64,000 bases of DNA, taken from contig CP154954.1 in assembly GCA_039621445.1 (NCBI GenBank), positions 1,116,001 through 1,180,000 on the forward strand, given 5' to 3'. The notes below the pieces were generated by a model, which had not been told where the DNA came from, ran no database searches, and saw nothing but the letters and a program-made list of their open reading frames with translations. Position 1 is the stretch's first letter; each line of letters starts with the position of its first letter. This document shows positions 1-14,320 of this stretch, one piece after another. Both the position numbers and the translations under genes were made by a program. Origin of the DNA: Euglena gracilis. Taxonomy: Eukaryota.

Positions 1-477
1 CCGATGCTTATTCCTCAAATACCGTCATTTCTTCTTCTTTGAGAAAAGAAGTTTACAACCCAAAGGCCGTCTTCCTTCACGCGGTATTGCTCCGTCAGGC
101 TTGCGCCCATTGCGGAAAATTCCTCACTGCTGCCTTCCGTAGAAGTCTGTTCCGTTCTCAATCCCAGTGTGGCTGATCATCCTCTCAAATCAGCTACTGA
201 TCGTCGCCTTGGTAAGCCTTTACCTCACCAACAAGCTAATCAGATGCAAGCTCATGCCTAGGCGAAATTCTCTTTAACTAGCTACTCACATAGATCTAGT
301 AAATTATGAGGCATTAGCAAACGTTTCCATCTGTTATTCCTCACCCAAGCGCAGATTCTTACATATTACTCACCCGTCCGCCACTAAATTACTATTGCTA
401 GTAATTTCGTTCAACTTGCATGTGTTAAGCATACCGCCAGCGTTCACCCTGAGCAAGGATCAAACTCGTCATTTCCA
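1..477 (-). rRNA. rrs: plastid 16S rRNA, 5' part (runs off window start)
   Basis: Reverse complement begins TGGAAATGACGAGTTTGATCCTTGCTCAG (27F-like) and continues through CTACGGAAGGCAGCAG. Confidence 0.97.
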
Positions 478-526
478 AAACATCAAAGTTGGTCAAATCC
501 TCTCACCCTCTTGGTGACCAAGCAAG

Positions 527-550
527 GGGCACATTTACTATAATGTGCCC
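527..550. promoter_or_regulatory. 9-bp-stem hairpin in the rRNA operon leader
   Basis: GGGCACATT-6 nt-AATGTGCCC inverted repeat ~50 nt upstream of 16S; also at 6440-6463 and 59010-59033; function inferred only. Confidence 0.5.
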
Positions 551-557
551 ACTAAAA

Positions 558-612
558 GCGCGCTTTGTAGGATTCGAACCTACTACATCAGGTTTTGGAG
601 ACCTACGCCTTA
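558..612 (-). pseudogene. trnW: pseudo-tRNA-Trp (anticodon arm, T arm and 3' acceptor strand only)
   Basis: Minus strand GGTCTCCAAAACC (CCA anticodon) ... GGTTCGAATCCTACAAAGCGCG; no D arm or 5' acceptor strand. Confidence 0.85.
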
Positions 613-635
613 GGATTTTAAAGAAAAGAAATATT

Positions 636-700
636 TGGCTAATACAAGGATTCAATCCACGACCCTACCCTTATCAAAGGTATTCTATAATAATAAAAGA
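636..700 (-). pseudogene. trnI: pseudo-tRNA-Ile(GAU)
   Basis: ATACCTTTGATAAGGGTAGGGTCGTGGATTGAATCC is a degraded match to the intact trnI in the 16S-23S spacer. Confidence 0.8.
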
Positions 701-1561
701 TAATAGTGATCTTTGAAAAATAAAAAATTTTCCTTTTGATTTTTTTATTTTTTAAAATTTATACGGTATTTTAATTAAAAATAAAAAAATTGTCCCAGCC
801 ACACGTTAAAGTACGGAAAAATTTACACTAGGAATTAAGCTAAGTTATTTCTTGTGAATGAAAAGAATTCACAAGATCAGGGATAAAAGCATAACACCTA
901 AACTGTGCGCATGAGCATTTACGTATGAAAGTCTAGGAACCTTACCTTAATATTTTTCAATATCACAAAATATAGGGTACTCAGCAGCAATATAAGAAGT
1001 ATAAAGACATTTTGGTCTCTTGTAGCATTTTATAAATATTCGTCCAAATCGACAATGAACGACACGCTTCTTACTAGCAAAAAATTTACAACTAAAAAGC
1101 ACACACATAACACAAAGAACCAAATACAAAGTAGCAATAACTATAATGTACAACAAAATAAAACTCTTATCAGAAGATTACCTAATATTCTCACTATGAT
1201 TCAACCTATCTTGTTGAATTTTGTGATTAATCTTTTATATTAGCGAAGAAACATAGTCATTTTCCAAACACTCGAGGATATTATTCATATCGTTTAAAAT
1301 TTTAAAAGAAAAATATTACGAAATTCACTGATTTCTATAAACAGATTGTCTTATTTTTTCGGAAGCATCATGTTTTGGCCAAAAAAAATTCAAACTTAAA
1401 GGAAACGTGGTTTGACAAATTCCTTGGTTTAATTATACCACAATACATTTATCCATGCAATAAAACACTAACGTAACGGCAGTCATAAAAATTACTCGAA
1501 AATCGAGTTAATATTAATAAATAAACTCACTAAGAGACAATTAAATAAATTAAACTTCCCA

Positions 1562-1678
1562 TAAGGGCACTAAAATCTTTTCCCGGAAAGTAACCTTTCA
1601 AGTATCTATTTACCCTTTATGTTTAACTTGCAAGTTCGAAATGTTTTAAGTGGATCCATAAAGACAAGAGCACCCTAA
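1562..1678 (-). rRNA. rrf: 5S rRNA
   Basis: ~117 nt after the 23S 3' end with complementary termini (AGGGTGCT...AGTGCCCT). Confidence 0.88.
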
Positions 1679-1754
1679 AATAAAAGTTCATTCAAGAAAC
1701 TTTTAAATCTTAAAAAAGTGACAAGTAAAAATAAATGTTTTGTTTTCATATAGG

Positions 1755-2070
1755 AAAAAATTTTCGGTCGGTTAGTATATCTCGGCTAAAATTGTTACCA
1801 ATTGTACACCTAATACCTATCAAACGGTTCGTCTTACCGTGACCTATGAAGAGTACTTATCTTAAGGTGGGCTTCCTACTTATATGCTTTCAGCAGTTAT
1901 CCACTCCGCACTTGACTACCCAGCGTATTCTGTTGGCACAAAAACTGGTACATCAGTGGTGCGTCCTTCCCGGTCCTCTCGTACTAAGGAAAGCGCCTTT
2001 CAATACTCTCTAACGCTCACACCGGATATGGACCGAACTGTCTCTCGACGTTCTGAACCCAGCTCACGTA

Positions 2071-2105
<35 letters not shown>

Positions 2106-2122
2106 GTACTACCGCCCCAGGT

Positions 2123-2182
<60 letters not shown>

Positions 2183-2670
2183 CAGCCTGTTATCCCTAGA
2201 GTAACTTTTATCTGTTTACGACGGCCTTTCCATACAGCACCGTCGGGTCACTAAGACCGACTTTAGTCTCTGTTTGACTTATAAGTCTCACAGTCAAGCT
2301 TTCTTATGCCTTTACACTCCACAACTAATTTCCGTCTAGCCTGAGAAAACCTTTGTACGCCTCCGTTACTTTTTAGGAGGCTACCGCCCCAGTAAAACTG
2401 CCCGCCTGAAACTGTCAATTATCATGATTGTACATAAGATTAAGATTAGATTTCTAGCTTTCTCAGAGTGGTATCTCATTTTTCGGCTCCCCGTATCCCA
2501 AAAGACAAGATCATAGCCTCCCACCTATTCTGCGCAAAAAAAGCCCGAAACCAATTTCAGGATACAGTAAAGCTTCATAGGGTCTTTCTGTCCAAGTGCA
2601 AGTAGACCGCATCTTCACAGTCAATTCTATTTCACCGAGTCTCTTTCTGAGACAGTGTCCAAATCGTTAA

Positions 2671-2723
<53 letters not shown>

Positions 2724-4645
2724 AATTATAGTTATTGCCGCTGTTCACAGGGGCTTCAGTCACTAGCTTTGCTTACGCTAACCAATTTCTTTAACCTTCC
2801 TGCACTGAGCAGGCCTCGGCCCCCATACATGGTTTTTCAACTTCGCGGAGACCTGTGCTTTTGGTAAGCAGTCGCTTGGACCTCTTTTCTGCCACCTCAT
2901 TAGAGGTACTTCTTCTTCCGAAGTTACGAAGTCATTTTGCCGAGTTCCTTAGAAAGAGTTATCTCGCGCTCCTTAGTATATTCTACTAACCTACCTGTGT
3001 CAGTTTACGGTACAGGCGAGCTCACTATACATAAACAAAAGTTTTTCTTGGAAACATGACATCAATCACTTTCAATACCGTAGTATTTATACTATTCAGG
3101 CCTTAAGACAAAATATTTTTTTTAATATTTGATACCTCTTGAACCCTTAAACCACAAACCATCACGTGGCCGATCTAGCCTTTTTCGTCACTCCTTACAA
3201 GTGAGCATTCGGTACAGGAATATTAACCTGTCATCCATCAATTTACGTTGTTAAACCTTATTTTAGGACCTGACTAACCCTTAGAGGACGAACCTGGCTA
3301 AGGAAACCTTAGGTTTTCGGAGCATAGGATTTTCACCAATGTTTTCGTTACTTAAGCCGACATTCTCACTTCTGTTTAATCCAGAACTATTTTCACTATT
3401 CCTTCTCTTCAACACAGAACGCTCTTCTACCGATTTCTCTCACACCTTCGGCAAATTACTTAGTCCCGTTCATTTTCGGCGCACTATCACTTGACCAGTA
3501 AGCTATTACGCACTTTTTAAAGGAATGGCTGCTTCTAAGCCAACCTCCTGGTTGTCTATGTAATAGTACATCCTTTACCACTTAGTAATTATTTAGGGGC
3601 CTTAAGTAGTGATCTGGGCTGTTTCCCTCTTGACAATGAAGCTTATCCCCCACTGTCTCACTGATTAATTGAAATATAACTTAGTATTCAGAGTTTGCCA
3701 CAACTTGGTACCATTTTCATAGCCCGCATCGAAACAGTGCTTTACCCCTAATGTTTACCATAATTAAACGCTGCGCCTCAACGCATTTCGAAGAGATCCA
3801 GCTAGCTCCAAGTTCGATTGGAATTTCTCCCCTAATCACAGTTCATCCCCCAATTTTTCAACATTGGTGGGTTCGGTCCTCCATTCTGTTTTACCAAAAC
3901 TTCAACCTGACCATGATTAGATCACCTGGGTTCGGGTCTATAAGCAATGACATAAACTTTCAAGAAGAAAGTTTTTCGCTTTATTTAAGCTCGATTTCAC
4001 TATGGCTCCGGAAAAACCTTAACCTTGCCATCACCTATAAGTCGCCGGCTCATTCTTCAACAGGCACACAGTCAATCTTTAAATAGATCTCCTACTGCTT
4101 GTAAACTTATGCTTTCATATTCTATTTCACTCACTTCTCAGTGTTCTATTTCAGCTTTCCCTCACGGTACTCGTACACTATCGGTCATTTAGGAGTATTT
4201 AGCCTTACGAGATGGTCCTCGCTGATTCACACAGAATTCCACGTGCTCTATGCTACTCGGGAAAATCAAAAATTACTTTTTAAAAACAAATACGGGATTT
4301 AAAACCCTCTTTGATTTTGTTTTCAACAAATTCTCTATCTTTTTCAGTAATTATAATATACCCACAACACCCATAAAGGTTTAGGCTGATTTCCGTTAGC
4401 TCGCCACTAATAAGAAAATCGCTTTTGCTTTCTTTTCCTTCGGCTACTAAGATGTTTCAGTTCACCAAGTTCTCTACATTATTTGTATACCATTTCATTG
4501 TAATGTTAAAGTAATAGGTTGCCCCATTCGGGAATCTTTAGATTAAAGCTCGTCTTTAGCTCCCTAAAGCATATCGTTAATTTCTACGCCCTTCTTCGAC
4601 TCTAAATGCCAAGCAATCCCGCATAAGCCCTTGTTCATTTGAACC
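1755..4645 (-). rRNA. rrl: 23S rRNA
   Basis: Conserved LSU motifs, e.g. GGCACCTCGATGTCGGCTC, GGGATAACAGGCTGAT, GAACTGAAACATCTTAGTA. Confidence 0.97.
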
Positions 4646-4661
4646 TACATCAAAACCTTTT

Positions 4662-4734
4662 TGGAGATAAGCGGACTCGAACCGCTGACATCTGCCTTGC
4701 AAAGGCAGCGCTCTACCAACTGAGCTATACCCCC
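4662..4734 (-). tRNA. trnA: tRNA-Ala(UGC)
   Basis: GGGGGTATAGCTCAGTTGGTAGAGCG...TTTGCAA...GGTTCGAGTCC...CTCCA, 73 nt. Confidence 0.97.
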
Positions 4735-4743
4735 AAAACCAAG

Positions 4744-4817
4744 AGGGCCATGCTAGACTTGAACTAGCGACCTTACCCTTATCAAGGGTATGCTCTAACC
4801 AACTGAGCTAATAGCCC
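4744..4817 (-). tRNA. trnI: tRNA-Ile(GAU)
   Basis: GGGCTATTAGCTCAGTTGGTTAGAGC...TTGATAA...GTTCAAGTC, 74 nt. Confidence 0.97.
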
Positions 4818-4902
4818 TCTTGGAAAAATAAGAGGTTTCCCTACTTATTTTTTTTATTTTTCATTGTTTTCAATCTATACATTTTTTTAGTTAAAAAACT
4901 AA

Positions 4903-5023
4903 AGGGAGTTGTTCCAGCCACACCTTCCAGTACGGCTACCTTGTTACGACTTCACCCCAGTCACCAGCCAGGCCTTAGGTATTTCCCTCTTTTCAGGCAA
5001 GATAATAACTTCGGGCACAGCCA

Positions 5024-5060
<37 letters not shown>

Positions 5061-5320
5061 AGAACGTATTCACCGCCGTATAGCTGACCGGCGATTACTA
5101 GCGATTCCGGCTTCATGTAGGCGAGTTTCAGCCTACAATCCGAACTTAGGCTAAGTTTTAAGATTAGCTCATTTTCACAAAATTGCAACTTATTGTCTTA
5201 ACCATTGTAGCACGTGTGTAGCCCAGGATATAAGGGGCATGATGACTTGACGTCGTCCTCACCTTCCTCCGGTAATAACCAGCAGTATTTCTAAATGACA
5301 AGCGTTAATTAAAAAAAAGG

Positions 5321-5372
<52 letters not shown>

Positions 5373-5440
5373 CCACCTGTGTCTAGATACCCGAAGGTAC
5401 TGCGTTCTTTCAAACTTCCTCCTAGATCCTGTCAAATCCT

Positions 5441-5521
<81 letters not shown>

Positions 5522-5614
5522 CTTGTGCAAGCGTACTCCCCAGGCGGGATACTTAACGTGTTAACTACAGCAGTGCACTTTCAGCACCACTTAGTATCCA
5601 TAGTTTACGGCCAA

Positions 5615-5646
<32 letters not shown>

Positions 5647-6390
5647 TCAGCTTTCGTTTCTCAGCGTCAGTATTGGCCTAGAAAAGTGCCTTCGCCATTG
5701 GTGTTCTTTCCAATCTCTACGCATTTCACCGCTACACTGGAAATTCCCTTCACCCCTACCATACTCAAGTCTAGCAGTTTTTAATGCCCTTCCAAAGTTA
5801 AGCTTTGACTTTTAACATTAAACACACTTGACCGCCTACAAACTCTTTACGCCCAATAATTCCGGATAACGCTCGCATCTCCCGTATTACCGCGGCTGCT
5901 GGCACGGAATTAGCCGATGCTTATTCCTCAAATACCGTCATTTCTTCTTCTTTGAGAAAAGAAGTTTACAACCCAAAGGCCGTCTTCCTTCACGCGGTAT
6001 TGCTCCGTCAGGCTTGCGCCCATTGCGGAAAATTCCTCACTGCTGCCTTCCGTAGAAGTCTGTTCCGTTCTCAATCCCAGTGTGGCTGATCATCCTCTCA
6101 AATCAGCTACTGATCGTCGCCTTGGTAAGCCTTTACCTCACCAACAAGCTAATCAGATGCAAGCTCATGCCTAGGCGAAATTCTCTTTAACTAGCTACTC
6201 ACATAGATCTAGTAAATTATGAGGCATTAGCAAACGTTTCCATCTGTTATTCCTCACCCAAGCGCAGATTCTTACATATTACTCACCCGTCCGCCACTAA
6301 ATTACTATTGCTAGTAATTTCGTTCAACTTGCATGTGTTAAGCATACCGCCAGCGTTCACCCTGAGCAAGGATCAAACTCGTCATTTCCA
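4903..6390 (-). rRNA. rrs: 16S rRNA (carries 9-nt deletion at GCAACGAGCGCAAC)
   Basis: Full-length SSU motifs (GTGCCAGCAGCCGCGGTAA, ATTAGATACCCTGGTAGTC, AAGTCGTAACAAGGT); 5' end is 5913 bp from that of the preceding copy. Confidence 0.97.
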
Positions 6391-6470
6391 AAACATCAAA
6401 GTTGGTCAAATCCTCTCACCCTCTTGGTGACCAAGCAAGGGGCACATTTACTATAATGTGCCCACTAAAA

Positions 6471-6613
6471 GCGCGCTTTGTAGGATTCGAACCTACTACA
6501 TCAGGTTTTGGAGACCTACGCCTTAGGATTTTAAAGAAAAGAAATATTTGGCTAATACAAGGATTCAATCCACGACCCTACCCTTATCAAAGGTATTCTA
6601 TAATAATAAAAGA
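6471..6613 (-). pseudogene. pseudo-trnI / pseudo-trnW leader pair
   Basis: Matches 558-700 at offset 5913. Confidence 0.82.
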
Positions 6614-7474
6614 TAATAGTGATCTTTGAAAAATAAAAAATTTTCCTTTTGATTTTTTTATTTTTTAAAATTTATACGGTATTTTAATTAAAAATAAAAA
6701 AATTGTCCCAGCCACACGTTAAAGTACGGAAAAATTTACACTAGGAATTAAGCTAAGTTATTTCTTGTGAATGAAAAGAATTCACAAGATCAGGGATAAA
6801 AGCATAACACCTAAAATGTGCGCATGAGCATTTACGTATGAAAGTCTAGGAACCTTACCTTAATATTTTTCAATATCACAAAATATAGGGTACTCAGCAG
6901 CAATATAAGAAGTATAAAGACATTTTGGTCTCTTGTAGCATTTTATAAATATTCGTCCAAATCGACAATGAACGACACGCTTCTTACTAGCAAAAAATTT
7001 ACAACTAAAAAGCACACACATAACACAAAGAACCAAATACAAAGTAGCAATAACTATAATGTACAACAAAATAAAACTCTTATCAGAAGATTACCTAATA
7101 TTCTCACTATGATTCAACCTATCTTGTTGAATTTTGTGATTAATCTTTTATATTAGCGAAGAAACATAGTCATTTTCCAAACACTCGAGGATATTATTCA
7201 TATCGTTTAAAATTTTAAAAGAAAAATATTACGAAATTCACTGATTTCTATAAACAGATTGTCTTATTTTTTCGGAAGCATCATGTTTTGGCCAAAAAAA
7301 ATTCAAACTTAAAGGAAACGTGGTTTGACAAATTCCTTGGTTTAATTATACCACAATACATTTATCCATGCAATAAAACACTAACGTAACGGCAGTCATA
7401 AAAATTACTCGAAAATCGAGTTAATATTAATAAATAAACTCACTAAGAGACAATTAAATAAATTAAACTTCCCA

Positions 7475-7591
7475 TAAGGGCACTAAAATCTTTTCCCGGA
7501 AAGTAACCTTTCAAGTATCTATTTACCCTTTATGTTTAACTTGCAAGTTCGAAATGTTTTAAGTGGATCCATAAAGACAAGAGCACCCTAA
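7475..7591 (-). rRNA. rrf: 5S rRNA
   Basis: Matches 1562-1678. Confidence 0.88.
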
Positions 7592-7667
7592 AATAAAAGT
7601 TCATTCAAGAAACTTTTAAATCTTAAAAAAGTGACAAGTAAAAATAAATGTTTTGTTTTCATATAGG

Positions 7668-7981
7668 AAAAAATTTTCGGTCGGTTAGTATATCTCGGCT
7701 AAAATTGTTACCAATTGTACACCTAATACCTATCAAACGGTTCGTCTTACCGTGACCTATGAAGAGTACTTATCTTAAGGTGGGCTTCCTACTTATATGC
7801 TTTCAGCAGTTATCCACTCCGCACTTGACTACCCAGCGTATTCTGTTGGCACAAAAACTGGTACATCAGTGGTGCGTCCTTCCCGGTCCTCTCGTACTAA
7901 GGAAAGCGCCTTTCAATACTCTAACGCTCACACCGGATATGGACCGAACTGTCTCTCGACGTTCTGAACCCAGCTCACGTA

Positions 7982-8016
<35 letters not shown>

Positions 8017-8033
8017 GTACTACCGCCCCAGGT

Positions 8034-8093
<60 letters not shown>

Positions 8094-8581
8094 CAGCCTG
8101 TTATCCCTAGAGTAACTTTTATCTGTTTACGACGGCCTTTCCATACAGCACCGTCGGGTCACTAAGACCGACTTTAGTCTCTGTTTGAATTATAAGTCTC
8201 ACAGTCACGCTTTCTTATGCCTTTACACTCCACAACTAATTTCCGTCTAGCCTGAGAAAACCTTTGTACGCCTCCGTTACTTTTTAGGAGGCTACCGCCC
8301 CAGTAAAACTGCCCGCCTGAAACTGTCAATTATCATGATTGTACATAAGATTAAGATTAGATTTCTAGCTTTCTCAGAGTGGTATCTCATTTTTCGGCTC
8401 CCCGTATCCCAAAAGACAAGATCATAGCCTCCCACCTATTCTGCGCAAAAAAAGCCCGAAACCAATTTCAGGATACAGTAAAGCTTCATAGGGTCTTTCT
8501 GTCCAAGTGCAAGTAGACCGCATCTTCACAGTCAATTCTATTTCACCGAGTCTCTTTCTGAGACAGTGTCCAAATCGTTAA

Positions 8582-8634
<53 letters not shown>

Positions 8635-9326
8635 AATTATAGTTATTGCCGCTGTTCACAGGGGCTTCAGTCACTAGCTTTGCTTACGCTAACCAATTTC
8701 TTTAACCTTCCTGCACTGAGCAGGCCTCGGCCCCCATACATGGTTTTTCAACTTCGCGGAGACCTGTGCTTTTGGTAAGCAGTCGCTTGGACCTCTTTTC
8801 TGCCACCTCATTAGAGGTACTTCTTCTTCCGAAGTTACGAAGTCATTTTGCCGAGTTCCTTAGAAAGAGTTATCTCGCGCTCCTTAGTATATTCTACTAA
8901 CCTACCTGTGTCAGTTTACGGTACAGGCGAGCTCACTATACATAAACAAAAGTTTTTCTTGGAAACATGACATCAATCACTTTCAATACCGTAGTATTTA
9001 TACTATTCAGGCCTTAAGACAAAATATTTTTTTAATATTTGATACCTCTTGAACCCTTAAACCACAAACCATCACGTGGCCGATCTAGCCTTTTTCGTCA
9101 CTCCTTACAAGTGAGCATTCGGTACAGGAATATTAACCTGTCATCCATCAATTTACGTTGTTAAACCTTATTTTAGGACCTGACTAACCCTTAGAGGACG
9201 AACCTGGCTAAGGAAACCTTAGGTTTTCGGAGCATAGGATTTTCACCAATGTTTTCGTTACTTAAGCCGACATTCTCACTTCTGTTTAATCCAGAACTAT
9301 TTTCACTATTCCTTCTTCAACACAGA
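7668..9326 (-). rRNA. rrl: 23S rRNA, 3' portion only (cut off at a junction)
   Basis: Matches 1755-3419, then breaks abruptly into A-rich sequence at ~9327. Confidence 0.93.
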
Positions 9327-10735
9327 AAAACAAAAGTCGACATAAAAGTTTTTTAACTTTTAAAAGTCATTTAGAACTAATTATTAGGAAAAATTTGTAC
9401 TTATTAAAAAGAAAAAAATTAACATAAACTTATTTAATTTCATAACTAAAAAAAAAATCTTGAAATTTTGTCAAAAAAAAAAAAGGAAAAATAAGAATAT
9501 GCGAAGATTTTTGAAAAAAATGGCGTACCCAAAAAAAAAATAAAAAAACCAAAAAAATTAAAGAGTCCCCCAATTTATTTCAACATATTTTTTTAAAAAG
9601 AAAAAAAAGAACATCAATCAATCGTAATTGTATAAAAAAACCAACTTTTAACGAAGCACATAAATGAAAAAGTTGTATTTCGAAAAACTGCATACATTGT
9701 AACCAATAAGAATAACAAAACATAAAATTATTGTCTAATTACTATAATTTATTTTTTAAAAACAAAAAAAAATAATATTTAATTAATACAAGTACCCAAA
9801 AAACAAAACACCAGCTGTACCATAGAAAAAAAGGTCAGAGTAAAAACAATTGGAAAGAAGAAAAGGAAAGAAAAAAAAAAAAAAAAAAAAACTATAATGG
9901 AAAAAAGGAATCCATCAGAGAAAAAAAGAAAGACCAATATAAAAAAAGAAAAAAAAAAATAAAAAAAAAAACAAAAACAAGGGGCACAAAAGTATACAGC
10001 GGGCGATAGAAGAAGAAAACGGGAGGGGAACAAAAAAAAAAGGGAAAAAAAAAAGAGAGATAAAAAAAAAAAAACAAATTAGAAGGGGAAAAAAAAAAAA
10101 CAAAAGGAGGAAAAAAAACAAAAAAAGGAGAAAAAAAGAAAGGAAAAGGAGCAAAGAAAAAAAAATGAGGATTGTAAAAATAAAAAAAAAAAAACAAAAA
10201 AGGGAAAAAAAAAAATAACCAAATAAAAAAAAATAAAAAAAAAAAAAAAAAAAAGGAAAAAAAAAAAAAAACAAAAAAAAGAAAAAAAAAAAGGAAAAAG
10301 AAAAAGGGGGGGGAAGGGGAAAAAAAAGGAAAAAAAAAAAAAAAGAGAGATGGAAAAAAAAAGAAAAAGAAAAAGAAGGGGAGAGGAGGAAAAAGAAAAG
10401 GAAAAAGAAGAAAAAAGGAGAAAAAAAAAAAAAAAAAGAAGGGGGGGGGGAAAAAGGGGGGGGGAAAGGGGGGGGGGGGGGGAAAGGGGGGGGAAAGAAG
10501 AGGGAAAAAAGAAAAAAAAGAAAGAAAAAAAAAAAGGAAAAAAGAAAAAAAAGAGGGAGGGGGGGGGAAGGGAAAAAAAAGAAAAGGAAAGGAAAAAAAA
10601 AAGGAGAAAAAAAAAAAAAAAAAAAAAAAAAAGGAAAAAAAAGAAAAAAAATGGAAAGGAAAAAAAGGAAAGGGGAAAGGAAGAAAGGGAAAAAAAAAAA
10701 AAAAAAAAAAAAAAGAAAAAAGAAAAAAAAAAAAG

Positions 10736-10787
<52 letters not shown>

Positions 10788-11766
10788 AAAGGGAGAAAAG
10801 AAGAGAAGAGGGGGAAAAAAGAAGGGGAAAAAAAAAAAATGAAAAAAAAAAAAAAAAAAAAGAAAAGAAAAAAAGAAAAAAAAAAGAGAAAAAAAAAAAA
10901 AAAAAAAGAGAAAGAAGAGAAAAAGAAGAATAAAAAAGAAAAAAAAAAAGGAGGAAAAAAAAAAAAAAAAAAGAAAGAGGAGGGGGGGAGGGAAAAGAAG
11001 AAAAAAAGAAAAAAGAAAAGAAAAAAGGAAAAAAAAAAAGAAAGAAAAAGAAAAAAAGGAGGGAGAAAGAAGAAGAGAAAGAAAAAGAAAAGGAAAAGAA
11101 AGAAGAAATAAGAAGAGGGAGGAAAGGGGGAAAAAGGAAAGGGAGAAGAAAAGGGAAAAAGAGAGAAAAAAAAGGGAAAGGAAAAAGAAAGAGGGGAAAG
11201 GGAAAAAAAGGGGAAAAAATAAGAAGGGGAAAAAAAAAAAAGAGGAGAAAAGGGGGGAAAAGAGAAAGAAAAGAAAAAAATAAAAAGGGCAGAAAAAAAA
11301 CAAAGGAAAAGAAGAAAGAAAAAAAAAAAAAGATAAAAAAGAAAAAAAAAGAAAACAAGAGGAAAAAATAAATCATTTTCGTAAAAATTTACACTTCTTG
11401 CAATAAAAAAAGATTACATAAAAATATGCAAGATTCAATTATTCTTAAGTAATTTAATTACTTATAATTTTCATCTTAATAAAAAATCACACAAGCTATA
11501 GCAATATAAGGTCGAATTTGAACAGCCTTTGCAATTTAAAACTGAAGCAACATAAAACCTATCAGAAAGAATAAAAATATTAAAAAAGAAAAAAAAAAAA
11601 ACATTAAAAAAAAGAAAAAGAAGAAAAGAAATGAAAAAAAAAATAAAAAAAAAAAATTAAAAAAAACTGAACAAATAAAAATTAAAAGACAAAAAAAAAA
11701 AACAAAAAAAAAAAAAAAAAAAAAAAAAGATAAAAAAAAAAAAAAAAAAAAAAAAAAACAAAAAAC

Positions 11767-11797
<31 letters not shown>

Positions 11798-11888
11798 TAA
11801 AAAAAAAAAAAATAAAAAAAAGAGTAAAAAAATCGTAAAAAGAAAGAAAAAAAAGGAAAAAAAAAAAAAAATAAAAAAAAAAAAATAT

Positions 11889-11919
<31 letters not shown>

Positions 11920-13313
11920 AAAAAAAAAAAAAAAACGCAGCAACAAACAAAATAGCAAAAAAATAACTAAAAATAAAAACAATAAAAAAAATAAAAAAAA
12001 AGATCTTTTAATTTAGGTTAATAAAAAAAAAAAAAATAAAATATAAAAAAAAAAAAACATAATATATAAAAAAAATAAAAAAAATAAAAAAAAAAAAAAT
12101 AAAAAAAAAAATATTAAAAAAAAAAATAAAAAATAAAAAAAGATGAATAAATTATAAAAAATAAATGAAAAGTAAAAAAAAAAAATATAAAAATAATAGA
12201 AATAAAAAAAAAAAAAAAAAAAAAATAATTGTAAAAAACAAAAAAATAAAAAAAAAAAAAAAAATTAAACACAAAAAAATAAAGAAAAAAGAAGAAAATT
12301 ATTAACTGACAAGAAAAATAGTGTAAAGAATAATTATAAAAAAAAAGAAAAAAACAAAAAAGAAAAAAAAGAATAAAAGAAAAATAAAAAGAAAAAAAGA
12401 AAAAAAAAAAAAAATAATTTTATATTAAATCTAAAAAACAAAAAATATAAAATTCAAAACAAAAAAAAAAAAAAAAACTAATAAAAAAAAAATATTTTTT
12501 TTAAATAAAAATAAAAAGTTACCTAACAATAAAAAAAAAAATTTATTAAAAAAAAATATTAAAAAAAAAAATAAAAAAATAATAAATATATAAAAATAAA
12601 AAAAAAATAATAAAAAAAAGTAATTAAATAAAAAAAAATAAAAAAAAAAAAAATATTAAAAAAAAAAAAAAAAAATAAAAAAAAAAAAAAAAAATCAAAA
12701 TTAGAAACAATAAAAACAAAAAAATTAAAAATAAAACTAAAAAAAAAAGAATTAAAAGAAAAAAAAAAAAAAAAAAAAAAGTAAAAATTTAAAAAAAAAA
12801 AAAAAATAAAATAAAAAAAAAAAAATAAAAAAAACGACAAAAAAAGAAAGAAAAAAAAAATAGAAAAAAAAATAATAAAATATTTATTTAAAAAAAAAAA
12901 AAAATTAAAAAAAATTAATAAAAATTAAAATTAATAAAAAATTTTTGTAAAAATTAATAAAAAAAAGATTTATAATTTATAAAAAATAAAAAAAAAAAAA
13001 AATAAAAATAAAAAAAAAATAAAAAAAATAATATAATTTTTTTAATAAAAAAATATATTTAATTTAAAAAAAAAAAAAAAATAAAAAAAAAAATAAAAAC
13101 AAATAAAAAGATATTAAAAAATATAAAAAAATAAATAAATAAAAAAAAACATAAATAAAATTTAAAAAAACACAAAAAAATAACAAAAAAATAAAAAATT
13201 AATAAAAATAAAAAAAAAAAAAAAGGAAAAAGAAAAAAGAAACAAAAAAAAAAAAAAAAATTAAAAAATAAAAAAAAAAAAAAATAAAAAAAAAATAATT
13301 TATAAAAAAAAAA

Positions 13314-13351
<38 letters not shown>

Positions 13352-13393
13352 AAAAATAAAAAGAAAAAAATTAAATTCAAAATAAAAAAAAAA

Positions 13394-13429
<36 letters not shown>

Positions 13430-13583
13430 AAAAGAAAAAAAAAAATAAAAAAACTAGTTTTAAAAAAAAATAAAAAATAAAAAAGAAAAAAAAAAAGCCA
13501 AAAAAGAAAAAAAAAAAAAAAAAAAAAAAAAAACAAAAAAAAAAAAAAGAAAAAAAACAAAAAAAGAAAGAAAAAAAGAAAAG

Positions 13584-13618
<35 letters not shown>

Positions 13619-13710
13619 AAAAAAAAATTTTTTAAAGTTGTTAAATAAATTTTACAAAACAAAATAATAAAAAAACAAAAAAAAGCATTTCTAGCATTAT
13701 AAAAAAAGAA

Positions 13711-13741
<31 letters not shown>

Positions 13742-13837
13742 GAAAAAAAACAAAAAAAAAAAAAAAAGGTAAAAGAAAATTAAAAAAAATAAAAAAAAAA
13801 AAAAAAAAAAACAAAAAAAAAAACAAAAAAAAAAAAA

Positions 13838-13877
<40 letters not shown>

Positions 13878-14267
13878 AAAAGAAAAAAAAAAAATAAAAA
13901 TAAAGAAAAAAGAAAAAAAAAAAAAAAAAAAAAAAAATTTACAAAAAAAAAAAAATAAAAAAATAAAAACAAAAAATAAACAAAAAACAATAAAAAAAAA
14001 AAAAAAAAACAAAAACAAAAAAAAAAAAAACAAAAAAAAAATAAAAAACTAATAAATTTCAAAAAAAAAATAAAAAATAAAAAAATAAAAATAAAAAAAA
14101 AAAAAAAAAAACAAAAAAAAAAAAAAAAAATATGATTGATGAATAAAAAAAAAATAAAAAAAAATAGAAATATAAAAAAAAAAAAATAAAAAAAAAAATA
14201 AAAAAAAATAAAATAAAAAAAAAAAAAATAAAAAAAAATAAAAACTAAAGAATAAAATATAAAAAAC

Positions 14268-14320
<53 letters not shown>

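Noticed and set aside
1884-8115. ORFs overlapping 16S and 23S (and all their copies elsewhere)
   Set aside because: Shadow ORFs of rRNA genes
9779-14269. Poly-Phe and poly-Lys ORFs up to 494 aa
   Set aside because: They are products of corrupted homopolymer sequence
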